DNA of 64,000 nucleotides from the NCBI GenBank assembly GCA_042217235.1, contig JBDGTB010000037.1, forward strand, positions 12,544-76,543, given 5' to 3'. Each line of letters begins with the position of its first letter. The stretch's first letter is position 1. Positions 16,804 to 26,523 of the stretch are shown here, piece after piece. The notes under the pieces are model-generated. The model was not told where the DNA came from. It did not search any database and saw only the letters and a program-made list of their open reading frames with translations. This DNA comes from Haloferacaceae archaeon. GTDB taxonomy: Archaea > Halobacteriota > Halobacteria > Halobacteriales > Haloferacaceae. Made by a program: the position numbers and the translations under genes.

Positions 16804-19800
16804 TCAGGCGAGCGCCGCCGCGAGCTTCTCGACCGGGTGGCTGATCGCCTCGCCCTCGTGGTCGCCGATCTGCCCCCGGCAGGACGTGCCGGGCGCGACC
16901 ACCTCGTCGCCGTCGCTGTCGTCGATCTGGCCGTAGAGGATGCGCCCGACGGCCTTGCTCATCGAGTAGTGTTCGGCCTCGTAGCCGAAGCTCCCCGCCA
17001 TCCCACAGCAGCCCGAGTCGAGGGGGTCGACGCGGTAGCCGGCGCGCCGGAGGACGCCGACGGCGTGGTGGTCCTTCTTCGTCGCCTTCTGGTGGCAGTG
17101 GCCGTGGTAGGTGAGGTGACCGCCCACGCCGTCGAACTCGGTGTTCTCGTCCAGTCGGAAGGCGTCGAGATACTCCATCACGCCGTAGGTGTTCCCCGCG
17201 ACGGCCTCGACGGCCTCGCCGGAGAGCAGGTCCAGGTAGTCCGACTGGAACATCACGGCGTCGGAGGGTTCGACGACCACCACGTCCCACCCCGACTCCA
17301 CCCGCGGCGCGAGTGCGTCCACGTTCCGGCGGGCGCGCTCGCGCGCCGCGTCGAGGAAGCCCTTCGAGTGGGCGGGGCGACCGCTGTCGCCGAGGTCGCC
17401 CGGGACCGCGACGTGGACGCCGGCGGCTTCGAGCACCCGGACGGCGTCCTTGCCCGCCGCGGGGTGGTTGTAGGTGGTGTAGGTGTCCGGGAACAGCAGC
17501 GCGCGCCGCTCGGCATCCGGCTGGGCCACCCGCGGCCCCCCGCGGGCGTCGAACCAGTCGACCAGCGACTCGCGCTCGAAGGCGGGGAGGTCGCGCTCCC
17601 TGGCGATGCCCACCGCCTTCTCCAGCAGCGCCCGCGCGCCCGGAACCTTCGTCGCCGCGTTCGACAGCGGCGCCAGCGCCGACCCCACCTTCGACAGCCG
17701 GTGGACGTTGCCGAACAGCCTGTCGCGGACGGAGTAGCCGTTGCGCTCCTTGTAGGCGTGTTCGACCTCCACCTTCATCTTCGCCATGTCCACCTCGCTC
17801 GGGCAGTCGACGGAACAGCCCTTGCACCCGACGCACATGTCCATCACCTCGTGCATGAACTCCACGTCCTCGACGGCGTCGTCGTCGAGGTCGCCCGTCA
17901 TCGCCTGCCGGAGCAGGTTCGCCCGCCCGCGGGTGGACTGGATCTCCTCCTCGGCGGCGCGGTAGGTCGGACACATCACCCCGCCGGCCGTCGACTGGGC
18001 GCCCCGACAGCCGCCACAGCCGTGACAGAGCTCCGCCATCCCGCGGAAGCCGTTGTCGTTCTCCCAGTTCAGCGCGGGCTCGAACCCGGCCGAGAACTCG
18101 TAGTCGGAGTCGAACCGGAGGTTGTCGGTCATGTCCACGTCGCCACAGACGGTGCCGGGGTTGAGCAGCCAGTCCGGGTCGAAGGCGCCTTTCAGGTCGC
18201 GGAACACGCGCCAGAGCCGCTCTCCGTACAGCTTCCGGTTCCACTGCGTGCGCGCCCGGCCGTCGCCGTGCTCGCCCGACACCGAACCCCCGTATTTGAC
18301 CGCGAGGTCCGTCGCCTTGTCGGCGATCCGCTCCATCGACTCGCGGCCCGCCTTCGTCTTGGTGTTGATGAGCGGGCGAACGTGGATGCAGCCGGGGCCG
18401 GCGTGGGCGTAGAAGGAGCCGAACGTGTCCTCCTCCTCGAAGATCCGCTGGAAGTCCGCGATGTACTCGGGCAGGTGCTCGGGGGGGACGGCGATGTCCT
18501 CGATGAACGCGATGTGTTTCTCGTCGGTCGTCCGCGAGAGCAGGATCGGCGTCGAGGCCTTCCGCATCTTCCAGAACTCCTGCTGTTCCTCCTCGGAGTA
18601 CGCCTCCATCCCGTCGAAGGCGACGTCGCCGACGCGGTCCTCCAGTAGCCCGGTCACCTGCTCGCGGGCGTGGTCCTCGTCCTCGGCGTAGAACTCCACG
18701 AGCAGGAAGGAGTCGGTCCGCTCGGGCAGCTTCCCGACCACGTCCGCGAACTCCTCCAGGTCCCGGGCGAGGTCCAGCAGGACGCCGTCGAGCACCTCGA
18801 CGGCCGCGGGGTCGTGTTCGAGGATCGCCCCCACGTCCTCCATCGCCTCGACCAGCGAGTCGTAGGTGAGAAAGCCGATCGCCTTCCGGTTCGGGACGGG
18901 TTCGAGCGACAGGCGCGCCTCCGTCACCACCGCGAGCGTCCCCTCGCTCCCGGCGAGCAGGCGCGCGAGGTTCACCGTCTCGCGCTCGTCCTCGGGGTCG
19001 TTCGCCCGCCGGGCCTCCTCGACCAGCACGTCGAGGGCGTAGCCGGAGACGTTGCGCTTGATCGAGGGGAACGCCTCCGCGACGGCCTCGCTCTCCTCCT
19101 CGATTATCCGCAGCGCCTCGGCGTAGAACCGCTCCTCGACCGTCCCCTCGGGGTCGGCGGTCGCTTCGAGTTCGTCGAGGCCCGTCTCGCCGAGGGTGGT
19201 CACCGTGCCGTCGGCGAGGACGACCTCGACCTCCTCGACGTAGGCGTCGGTCTTGCCGTACTTCAGCGAGTGCGCGCCGGTCGTGTTGTTGCCGATGGCC
19301 CCGCCCACGGCGCTCCGGTTGGCCGTCGACGGGTCGGGCGCGAACTTCAGGCCGTGGTCGGCGAGGCGCTCGTTCAGCTCGGCGAGAACCGCGCCGGCCT
19401 CGGCGCGACACTCCCGGTCCTCGGGGCTCACGTCGAGGACGGCGTCCATGTGGCGGGTGAAATCGAGGACGACGGCCTCGTTGACGGTCTGGCCGGCGAG
19501 GCTGGTGCCCCCGCCCCGCGGCAACACGGGGATCTCCCGGTCGGCGCAGTGGGAGACGACCGCGGCCACGTCCTCGGTGCCCGTCGGGAACACCACCCCG
19601 ATCGGCGTCACCTCGTAGGCCGACGCGTCCGTCGCGTACAGCTGGCGCGTGTACGTGTCGAAGCGCACCTCGCCCGACACCAGGTCGTCGAGGTCCGACG
19701 TGAGCCCCGGGCGCGCCACGTCCTCGCCCGCGTAGTCGTAGTTCGCCCGCTCGTCGTCGGCCGGGTCTCCACCGCCGTGGGACGCCTCGCTCCGTGCCAT
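16804..19800 (-). CDS. FAD-binding and (Fe-S)-binding domain protein (GlcD-GlcF fusion; D-lactate/glycolate-type oxidase)
   Basis: FAD_binding_4 N-terminus (PRGGGTSLAGQ), two 4Fe-4S motifs (CHGCGGCRG, CVGCKGCSVDCP), and C-terminal CCG domains (GCCGMAGSFG). Confidence 0.9.
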   Translation of the reverse strand: MARSEASHGGGDPADDERANYDYAGEDVARPGLTSDLDDLVSGEVRFDTYTRQLYATDASAYEVTPIGVVFPTGTEDVAAVVSHCADREIPVLPRGGGTSLAGQTVNEAVVLDFTRHMDAVLDVSPEDRECRAEAGAVLAELNERLADHGLKFAPDPSTANRSAVGGAIGNNTTGAHSLKYGKTDAYVEEVEVVLADGTVTTLGETGLDELEATADPEGTVEERFYAEALRIIEEESEAVAEAFPSIKRNVSGYALDVLVEEARRANDPEDERETVNLARLLAGSEGTLAVVTEARLSLEPVPNRKAIGFLTYDSLVEAMEDVGAILEHDPAAVEVLDGVLLDLARDLEEFADVVGKLPERTDSFLLVEFYAEDEDHAREQVTGLLEDRVGDVAFDGMEAYSEEEQQEFWKMRKASTPILLSRTTDEKHIAFIEDIAVPPEHLPEYIADFQRIFEEEDTFGSFYAHAGPGCIHVRPLINTKTKAGRESMERIADKATDLAVKYGGSVSGEHGDGRARTQWNRKLYGERLWRVFRDLKGAFDPDWLLNPGTVCGDVDMTDNLRFDSDYEFSAGFEPALNWENDNGFRGMAELCHGCGGCRGAQSTAGGVMCPTYRAAEEEIQSTRGRANLLRQAMTGDLDDDAVEDVEFMHEVMDMCVGCKGCSVDCPSEVDMAKMKVEVEHAYKERNGYSVRDRLFGNVHRLSKVGSALAPLSNAATKVPGARALLEKAVGIARERDLPAFERESLVDWFDARGGPRVAQPDAERRALLFPDTYTTYNHPAAGKDAVRVLEAAGVHVAVPGDLGDSGRPAHSKGFLDAARERARRNVDALAPRVESGWDVVVVEPSDAVMFQSDYLDLLSGEAVEAVAGNTYGVMEYLDAFRLDENTEFDGVGGHLTYHGHCHQKATKKDHHAVGVLRRAGYRVDPLDSGCCGMAGSFGYEAEHYSMSKAVGRILYGQIDDSDGDEVVAPGTSCRGQIGDHEGEAISHPVEKLAAALA

Positions 19801-19944
19801 GGTGTCTCGTTGGTCACACTCCGGGGGCCGCGCGGGCCTAAGCGTGTCGATGGGATCGGTTCGTAGCGTGTCCGTTCCGGACGATCGTGAGGGATCCGCG
19901 ACCGCATGCGAAAGCTACACGTGTGAGACGGGGAAGCGAGTGAC

Positions 19945-21096
19945 ATGGCCGTCGAGACCGTGGAGGCGATCCCGCTGTGTCGGGACCTGGACGAGCGGTT
20001 CGCCAACGCCCAGAAGTGGATCGACAGCCGGGAGTACTGTCTGGTGCGCGTCGTCGACGAGGACGGCACCGAGGGGTGGGGCGAGTGCTGGGGCCCCGTC
20101 GCCGGCAACCGCGAGGTGATCGAGGAGTACGTCGGCCCGTGGCTGGAGGGCCGGGACGCCCGGAACGTCGAGGCGATACACGACGACCTGCGCTACCGGC
20201 TGACCTCGTCGTACCACTCCTACCTCCCCGTCAGCGCGCTCTCGGGCGTCGACATCGCGCTGTGGGACCTGAAGGGAAAGCTGATGGGCGAGTCGGTCGG
20301 GTCGCTGCTCGGCGGACGACGGCGCGACTCCGTTCGCGCGTACGCGACGGGTCACTTCTGGCCCGACGCCGACGACTTCGAGGCGGTGCGTGAGTCCGTC
20401 GTCGCGGAGGCGAAGGGCCACGTCGAGGCGGGATTCGACGCGCTGAAGAACAAGATCGGCCTCGAGCGGAACTTCCCCGACTGCGGGCCCGAGGAGGACG
20501 TGGAACTCGTGCGGGCCATCCGCGAGGCCGTCGGCGACGACGTGCGCCTGATGACCGACGCCAACCACGCCTACGACGTCGCCGACGCGGCGTGGGTCGG
20601 CGAGCGGTTGGCCGACCTCGACGTTCACTTCTTCGAGGAACCGGTCGTCCCGCGGGACAAGCGCGGCTACGCCCGGCTGAGCGAGTCGCTCGACGTGTCG
20701 CTGGCCGGCGGTGAGTGCTGGGCGTTCGTCGACGAGTTCGAGGACGTACTCGACCGGGGCTGCGTGAACTACGTCCAGCCGGACGTGACGAGCGCGGGCG
20801 GCATCACCTCGACCCGACGGGTCGCGGAACTCGCCGACGCGCGCAACGTGAGCTGTTTCCCCCACGTCTTCGGGAGTGCCGTCGCCCTCGCCGCGAGCCT
20901 GCAGGTGATCGCCACGCTCCCGGGCGTGCCCGAACCGATGCTGGAGTTCGACCGCACCCCGAACCCGATCCGCGAGGACCTCGCCGTCGACCCGATCACG
21001 AACGAGGGGTCGCGGGTGGCGATCCGCGACGAACCGGGACTCGGGATCGAGATAGACCGGGACGTTCTCGCGGCGTTCCGGCGCGACGAGGCGTGA
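19945..21096 (+). CDS. mandelate racemase/muconate lactonizing enzyme family protein (enolase superfamily)
   Basis: Contains the KxK element (LKNKIG), metal ligands in TDANHAY, FFEEP and LAGGE, and FPHVFGS. Confidence 0.88.
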   Translation: MAVETVEAIPLCRDLDERFANAQKWIDSREYCLVRVVDEDGTEGWGECWGPVAGNREVIEEYVGPWLEGRDARNVEAIHDDLRYRLTSSYHSYLPVSALSGVDIALWDLKGKLMGESVGSLLGGRRRDSVRAYATGHFWPDADDFEAVRESVVAEAKGHVEAGFDALKNKIGLERNFPDCGPEEDVELVRAIREAVGDDVRLMTDANHAYDVADAAWVGERLADLDVHFFEEPVVPRDKRGYARLSESLDVSLAGGECWAFVDEFEDVLDRGCVNYVQPDVTSAGGITSTRRVAELADARNVSCFPHVFGSAVALAASLQVIATLPGVPEPMLEFDRTPNPIREDLAVDPITNEGSRVAIRDEPGLGIEIDRDVLAAFRRDEA

Positions 21097-21142
21097 CCGA
21101 CCGAGGGATGCATACAAGACGACGCCGCGCGACCGGAGCGGC

Positions 21143-21814
21143 ATGAGCGGGACGGACGAGCTACTCGAGTTCGCGGTCGACGTCTGGCATCCGGACTGCT
21201 GGACGCTTCGGACGACGCGGGACCGCGACGCGGGCGTCCTCGGCCACGGGATGGCGGTCGCGGACGGCCGTTCGACCGGCCGCTACACCGTCTACGGCGA
21301 CTCCGGGGACGCGGTGGACGCGCTGGTCGAGGACGTGCGCGCGTCCCCCCTGACCGCGTCGGTGTCGACGGTTCCGGGGGCACGGACGGCCGCCGGGCAG
21401 GCGACGCGGGGCCTGCTCGTCGAGTGCGACGCCGCGCGGACGATCCGCACCGCCTTCGCCGACCGGGGGTTCGTCCACCGCGGGCCGACACGCCACGAGG
21501 CCGGCGTCGAGCGTCGGACCCTGCTCGCCCGGACCGACCGCGAGACGGTCCGGCGGGCGCTCGACGACGTGGCCCGGAGCCACGACGCCGACGTCGACCT
21601 CGCCCGGCTGACGGCCACGCCGCGGGCGGGCGGTGACCGGGACCGGCTCTCCCCGCGCCAGCGCGAGGCGCTCGACCTCGCCCGGGCGCGCGGCTACTAC
21701 GCCTACCCCCGCGAGACGGACGCCGGCGCGCTGGCCGCCGAGATGGGCGTCACGAAGTCGACCTACCTCGAACACCTGCGGAAGGCCGAGGCGAAGGTGC
21801 TCGGGTCGGAGTGA
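21143..21814 (+). CDS. HTH_10 (bacterio-opsin-activator-like) transcriptional regulator
   Basis: C-terminal LSPRQREALDLARARGYYAYPRETDAGALAAEMGVTKSTYLEHLRKAEAKVL is the typical haloarchaeal HTH_10 domain. Confidence 0.85.
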   Translation: MSGTDELLEFAVDVWHPDCWTLRTTRDRDAGVLGHGMAVADGRSTGRYTVYGDSGDAVDALVEDVRASPLTASVSTVPGARTAAGQATRGLLVECDAARTIRTAFADRGFVHRGPTRHEAGVERRTLLARTDRETVRRALDDVARSHDADVDLARLTATPRAGGDRDRLSPRQREALDLARARGYYAYPRETDAGALAAEMGVTKSTYLEHLRKAEAKVLGSE

Positions 21815-21874
21815 GCGGGCCGACTGCCGCGGACCGCCCGACCGCCGCCGGGGCACCGGTCGCCCGACCCGTCC

Positions 21875-23167
21875 ATGTGGGGGGGAACGGCGAGGTGGCT
21901 CGCCGCCCAGGCGTCGCCCGTGAACGCCAACGACCGCGCCGTCACCGGCTTCGCGATGATCGGGCACGCCACGTTCCACACCTACGAGCTGGTGGTGCCG
22001 CTGTTCGTCGTCATCTGGCTCGACGAGTTCGGTCTCACGCCGGCGACGCTCGGCCTCGTCGTCGGGGGGAGCTACGCGCTCACGGGGCTGGGCGCGCTGC
22101 CCGCGGGGATCCTCGCGGACACCTACAGCGCGAAGCGGCTGGTCCTGGGCTGCATCGCCGGCATGACCGGCGGCTTCCTGCTCCTCAGCGTCGCCACCGG
22201 GCTGGCGACGCTCGCCGTCGGCCTCCTCGTGTGGGGCGTGGCCGCGAGCCTCTATCACCCCGCCGGGCTGGCGCTCATCTCGCGGGGCGCCACGGAGCGG
22301 GGCACCGCCTTCGCCTACCACGGCGTCGCCGGCAACGTCGGCGTCGCCACGGGACCGCTGCTCGGCGCGGTGCTGCTCGCCGTGTTCGACTGGCGGGCGG
22401 TCGTGGTCGCGCTCGTCGTCCCCACCGCGGTCGCGCTCGCGGTCGCGACCCGGCTGGAGTTCGACGAGACCGCCGGCGCGGCCGCCCGGAGCGGCGACGA
22501 CGACGCGACGGCGGGGACGGTGCGTGACCTCCGGACGCTCCTCGCGGACTCGAAGCTCCTGTTCACCGGCGGGTTCGCGCTCGTGTTCCTCGTGGGCAAC
22601 CTGTACGGCCTCTACTACCGCGGCGCCTTCACCTTCCTGCCGGAGGTGCTCGCCGGCTTCGCGCTGTTCGAACCCGTCCGCGTCGCCGGGCGGACGCTCC
22701 AGCCGAGCCAGTACGTCTACTCCGGGCTCCTGATGCTCGGCGGCGCCGGCCAGTACGTCGGGGGGAAGCTCGTCGACCGGGTGACCGCGGAGGTCGCGCT
22801 CGTCGGCACGCTCCTCGCGCTCGGGGGCGTCGCCCTGGTCTTCGTCCCCGCCTCGACGGCCGGCCTCGCCCCGATGCTCGTCGTCGCCGGGCTGCTCGGC
22901 TTCCTCGTGTTCATGGAGGCGCCGATAAACCAGGAGGTCGTCTCGAAGCACGTCCCCGCCGGGGCGCGCGGGCTCTCGTTCGGCTACACCTACCTCGCCG
23001 TCTTCGGCGTCGGCGCCGCGGGCGCCGCGGGCGCCGGCGTCGTCCTCACCCGCGCGACGCCGGCCGCCCTCTTCGCGCTCCTCGCCGCCGTCGCCGGCCT
23101 CGCGGCGGTGGCCGGGCTCGCGCTCCACGCCGGATTCGAGCCGACGGGCGGGGGGGCGGCCGACTGA
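21875..23167 (+). CDS. MFS transporter
   Basis: About 12 predicted hydrophobic helices and the LPAGILAD loop motif. The start codon is uncertain. Confidence 0.85.
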   Translation: MWGGTARWLAAQASPVNANDRAVTGFAMIGHATFHTYELVVPLFVVIWLDEFGLTPATLGLVVGGSYALTGLGALPAGILADTYSAKRLVLGCIAGMTGGFLLLSVATGLATLAVGLLVWGVAASLYHPAGLALISRGATERGTAFAYHGVAGNVGVATGPLLGAVLLAVFDWRAVVVALVVPTAVALAVATRLEFDETAGAAARSGDDDATAGTVRDLRTLLADSKLLFTGGFALVFLVGNLYGLYYRGAFTFLPEVLAGFALFEPVRVAGRTLQPSQYVYSGLLMLGGAGQYVGGKLVDRVTAEVALVGTLLALGGVALVFVPASTAGLAPMLVVAGLLGFLVFMEAPINQEVVSKHVPAGARGLSFGYTYLAVFGVGAAGAAGAGVVLTRATPAALFALLAAVAGLAAVAGLALHAGFEPTGGGAAD

Positions 23168-23274
23168 CCGCGTCGGGGCGGGGGCGAGACGCGGGAACTT
23201 GTCGACGGCACTCGCCCGTCCGACTCGAACGACGCCGAGCGCGCGGCCGACCGACCGGTCGGGGCGAGTGCGCG

Positions 23275-23284
23275 AAAAAAAAAA
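23275..23284 (-). terminator. oligo-T (T10) archaeal terminator after the enolase-superfamily gene
   Basis: An A10 run on the plus strand is T10 on the minus strand, about 20 nt downstream of the stop at 23303. A 10-bp inverted repeat (23208-23217 / 23262-23271) lies beside it. Confidence 0.6.
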
Positions 23285-23302
23285 CGTGGACGGTCGCGCC
23301 GG

Positions 23303-24430
23303 CTAGTCGACGCGGTACTCGTCGAGCGTGTCCCAGTCGATCTCGATGCCGATGCCGGGCTCCTCCGGCGGAGTGATCCGGCCGCCGTCCTCGACGTAGA
23401 TCGCGTCCTGGTTCTCGATGTGGGGGCCGCCGACGTACACGCCGGGGTCGTCGACGCTCTCGTCGAGCACGGCGAACTCGATGAGCGAGCAGGCACGCGA
23501 CGCGGCCGCGACGTGGAGGCTGGCGGCGTAGTTGACCGCCGGGCCGAGCGCGTGGGGGACGAGCTGCTTGTTGAACGCCTCGACGAGCGTCGCGACGCGC
23601 GACGCGCCGGTCACGCCGCCCGCGTAGTCGAGCGAGGGCTGGTAGATCTCCAGCGCGCCGGCCTTGAGGTGGTCGACCGCCGGGTAGTGGGGCGTGTGGG
23701 TCTGGTAGCCGGAGATCGGGACGGAGACGCGCTGGTTGAGCCGCGCCTGCCCCTCGATGTCGGTGTGGGAGATCGGCTCCTCGAACCACTCACACTCGTA
23801 CTCGCCCGCGGTCTCGGCGACGGCGAGCGCGTCGGCGTACTCGTAGGAGGTGTTGGCGTCGATCGCCAGCCCGAACTCGTCGGGAATGTTGTTCATCACG
23901 GTCCGGATGCGCTCGCGGTCCGCCTCGACGCCGAAGCCGGCGCCGACCTTCATCGCCTGGAACCCCTTGTCGGCGAGCCAGTCGGCGGAGTCGACGAGCT
24001 CGTCGGGCGTCTTCTCGACGGGGAAGGTGGCGTAGGCGTAGACGTCGGTACACTCGCCGCCCAGCAGTTCGTACACCGGCTGGCCGGCGTTCTTGCCCTT
24101 GATGTCCCACATCGCCTCGTCGAGGGCGCTCAGCGCGCCGTACGCGCCGGCGCGCTTGGCGTGGAGATAGATCTCGTGCCACCGCTGTTTCACGTCGAGC
24201 GGGCTCTTGCCGATCAGATGCCGCCCGAGGGAGTCGATGCTCTCGGCCAGGAACCGGTTGTCCTCGACCGAACGGTAGAACGACTCGCCGAGGCCCGTGA
24301 TCCCCTCGTCCGTCTCCATCCGGACGATGACGGAGCTGATGTCGACGTCGCGTGCGCCGACTTCAGCGGGGAGGGAGGCAGCGTCGAGCGGGCTCTCGAC
24401 GATGACCGTTTCGATATCGGTTACTTCCAT
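23303..24430 (-). CDS. mandelate racemase/muconate lactonizing enzyme family protein (enolase superfamily)
   Basis: MEVTDIETVIVESP...GITGLGE capping domain, with barrel motifs AIDANTSY, WFEEP and PHALG. Start at cat 24428-24430. A T10 run follows the stop on the coding strand. Confidence 0.88.
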   Translation of the reverse strand: MEVTDIETVIVESPLDAASLPAEVGARDVDISSVIVRMETDEGITGLGESFYRSVEDNRFLAESIDSLGRHLIGKSPLDVKQRWHEIYLHAKRAGAYGALSALDEAMWDIKGKNAGQPVYELLGGECTDVYAYATFPVEKTPDELVDSADWLADKGFQAMKVGAGFGVEADRERIRTVMNNIPDEFGLAIDANTSYEYADALAVAETAGEYECEWFEEPISHTDIEGQARLNQRVSVPISGYQTHTPHYPAVDHLKAGALEIYQPSLDYAGGVTGASRVATLVEAFNKQLVPHALGPAVNYAASLHVAAASRACSLIEFAVLDESVDDPGVYVGGPHIENQDAIYVEDGGRITPPEEPGIGIEIDWDTLDEYRVD

Positions 24431-24580
24431 AGCAGGCGGGGGGTCGGCGGGGGGGCAATTAACCGTACTGGTCTCGACTGACCAGTCGCCGTACTGACCA
24501 TAGGATCGCCCGACTGCGGCGTGGTGTGTAACGGACGTTCGCACGACTCGCCGCTCGTCCGCGGGGTCCGTCGTCCCGCG

Positions 24581-24650
24581 GTCGACGGCGACGACGGTCG
24601 CGATCACCCGACGTGGTCGACGGCGACGACGGTCGCGATCACCCCTCGTG
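24581..24650. repeat. 35-bp tandem duplication spanning the rhodanese stop codon
   Basis: gtcgacggcgacgacggtcgcgatcaccc is present twice (24581-24609 and 24616-24644), with 6 nt between the copies. Confidence 0.85.
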
Positions 24651-26249
24651 GCCGAGCTCCTCCTCCCACTCCAGGTAGCCCCGCATCACGTCCTCGCCGA
24701 GTTCGGCCTTGGTGGGTACTCGGTCCCGGCGGTCGCCGATGCCGTCCTCGCCCGTCTCGACCGGCCGCCCGGCCGCCTCCCACGCCGCGACGCCGCCGCC
24801 GAGCGCCCGGACGTCGTAGCCGACGTGGGCGAGCGCCGCCGCCGCGTAGGCCGAGACCTCGCCGTCCGCGCAGGTCAGGACGACGTTTTCGGGGCGCTCG
24901 CGGTCGAGCAGGTCCCCCACGTCGTTGCGCGACACCCAGCGGCTCCCGGGGAGGTGGCCGTCCGGGTAGTCGAGGCTCCGGCCGACGTAGAGAATCGTCG
25001 CGTCGTCGGGGTCGAGGTCCGCGGGCGCGACCGTCGGCGCGGCGTCGGCGACCCGGTCGCGCCCCAGCGGCTCGCCACAGCCGTGTCGCTGCTCGACCGC
25101 CCGCTGGAGGCCGAGGCGCTCGGTCCGCTCGCTCCCTGTCTCGACCGGCCGCCCCTCCTCGGTCCACGCGTCCATGCCGCCGTCGAGTATCGCCACGTTC
25201 TCGTAGCCCATCCGGGCGTACCACGCGGCGGTGACGGCCGGCCGGACGATGCCGTCGGCGTAGAAGACCAGCGTGGCCTCGGGGACGGCGACGTAGTCGT
25301 CGGCGCGCTGGATCGCCTGCCCGCCGGGGACGCCGACCGCGCCGGGGAGGTGTCCGGCCTCGAACGCCTCGCGCGGGCGCACGTCGACGACCTGCGCGAG
25401 TTCGTCGTCGCCGAGCGCGGCGGCCACCTCGTCGGTCGAGAGGCGGGCGATGGCGTGGTCGGCGATCAGGTCCTCCGCGAACGACTCGGCGCGTTCGCGC
25501 TCCGCGGGCGAGAGGTCCGGGGCGTCTCCCGGTTCCGCCCCCTCTTCGAGGTCGAACCCCGCGAGCTGCCAGCCGCTCGTGCCGTTCTCCAGCCCGTACA
25601 CCTCGTCGAGGTCGCGCTCGCCGAGCGTCGCGATGCCGATGAGGCTCCGGGTTCGGCCGGCGCAGTGGACGACCAGCTTCGTCTCCGGGTCCTCGCGCAG
25701 CGCCTCGGCGTACAGCGCCAGGTCCACGCCCTCGACGTTGCGCGCGCCGGGCAGGGTCTCCTCGCGGTACTCGGCGGGCGTGCGCACGTCGGCGACGACC
25801 ACGTCCTCGTCGCCCGCCAGCCACTCGGCCAGCCGCTCGGGCTCCACCCGCTCGGGGTCGCGCTCGACGGCCACCTGCTCGCCGAACTCCTTGCTCGGGA
25901 CGTTGAACGCCGAGGCCAGCACGTCGCCCTCGGCTTCGACCACGTCGTAGCCGGCGGCCCGCCACGCCGCGACGCCGCCGGCGAGGTGACGCACGTTCGG
26001 CAGGCCGAGCCACCGGAGCCAGTCGGCGTCGGTCGCCGCTCGCTCGCCCGCACCGTCCACCAGGACGACCGGCACGTCGGGCCGGGGGAGGAGTTCGGGG
26101 AGCCGCCACTCCAGCGCCCGCCGGGGGAGGAGCGTGCTCTCGCGGACGTTGCCCGTCGTGTAGTCGAGCGGTTCGCGCACGTCGATGACCGCGACGGGGT
26201 CGTCGCTGTCCAACAGTCGTCGGAGGTCGTCCGGCGTGATCGCACCCAT
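24639..26249 (-). CDS. four-domain rhodanese-like sulfurtransferase
   Basis: Four tandem rhodanese repeats. Two have an active-site Cys loop (VVHCAGRTRS, LTCADGEVS); two have no Cys at that position (LVDGAGERA, FYADGIVRP). Start at MGAITPDD, with gtttac centred 27.5 nt upstream. Confidence 0.85.
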   Translation of the reverse strand: MGAITPDDLRRLLDSDDPVAVIDVREPLDYTTGNVRESTLLPRRALEWRLPELLPRPDVPVVLVDGAGERAATDADWLRWLGLPNVRHLAGGVAAWRAAGYDVVEAEGDVLASAFNVPSKEFGEQVAVERDPERVEPERLAEWLAGDEDVVVADVRTPAEYREETLPGARNVEGVDLALYAEALREDPETKLVVHCAGRTRSLIGIATLGERDLDEVYGLENGTSGWQLAGFDLEEGAEPGDAPDLSPAERERAESFAEDLIADHAIARLSTDEVAAALGDDELAQVVDVRPREAFEAGHLPGAVGVPGGQAIQRADDYVAVPEATLVFYADGIVRPAVTAAWYARMGYENVAILDGGMDAWTEEGRPVETGSERTERLGLQRAVEQRHGCGEPLGRDRVADAAPTVAPADLDPDDATILYVGRSLDYPDGHLPGSRWVSRNDVGDLLDRERPENVVLTCADGEVSAYAAAALAHVGYDVRALGGGVAAWEAAGRPVETGEDGIGDRRDRVPTKAELGEDVMRGYLEWEEELGHEG

Positions 26250-26273
26250 GGGGTTCGGGGGGCGGCGGGGGAC

Positions 26274-26279
26274 GTAAAC
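26274..26279 (-). promoter_or_regulatory. TATA-like box for the rhodanese gene
   Basis: gtttac on the coding strand, centred 27.5 nt upstream of the ATG at 26249. Confidence 0.4.
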
Positions 26280-26517
26280 GGTTCGCTCGGTAGGTCGGGA
26301 CGAGGTACGACGGTGTACGGATTGCGCGAGGAGACCGAACACCGCGAAAGCCCCGGTGGGGAATTTCGCGGTAGTTCCTGCGGTCGAAACTGGGACGTTT
26401 GCCGTTCTAACAGTGCCGTTAGACTCCGTTGAGGCCCTCAAAGATCGACGGTGCTGGTATGCGAGATACAGAGGATGCGTGCAGCAGGTGGCCTTCCTTA
26501 GTGTAGGCGAACATAGA

Positions 26518-26523
26518 TTTTTT
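26518..26523 (+). terminator. T6 tract inside the long non-coding island (possible terminator of an unannotated plus-strand transcript)
   Basis: ttttttg read directly from the sequence. No CDS ends nearby. Confidence 0.3.

Noticed and set aside
11558-16936. 1792-aa plus-strand ORF, with similar giants at 12051..16688(-), 16325..19411(-), 6165..9515(+), 41523..43625(+), 42085..44916(+) and 61675..63978(+)
   Set aside because: - They are extremely Arg/Pro/Gly/Ala-rich and basic, unlike the acidic real proteins.
- They lie antisense or out of frame to well-supported genes (mutS, thiDN, the FAD/Fe-S oxidase, mutL, sph and others).
- Stop-codon depletion at this GC content produces such ORFs by chance.
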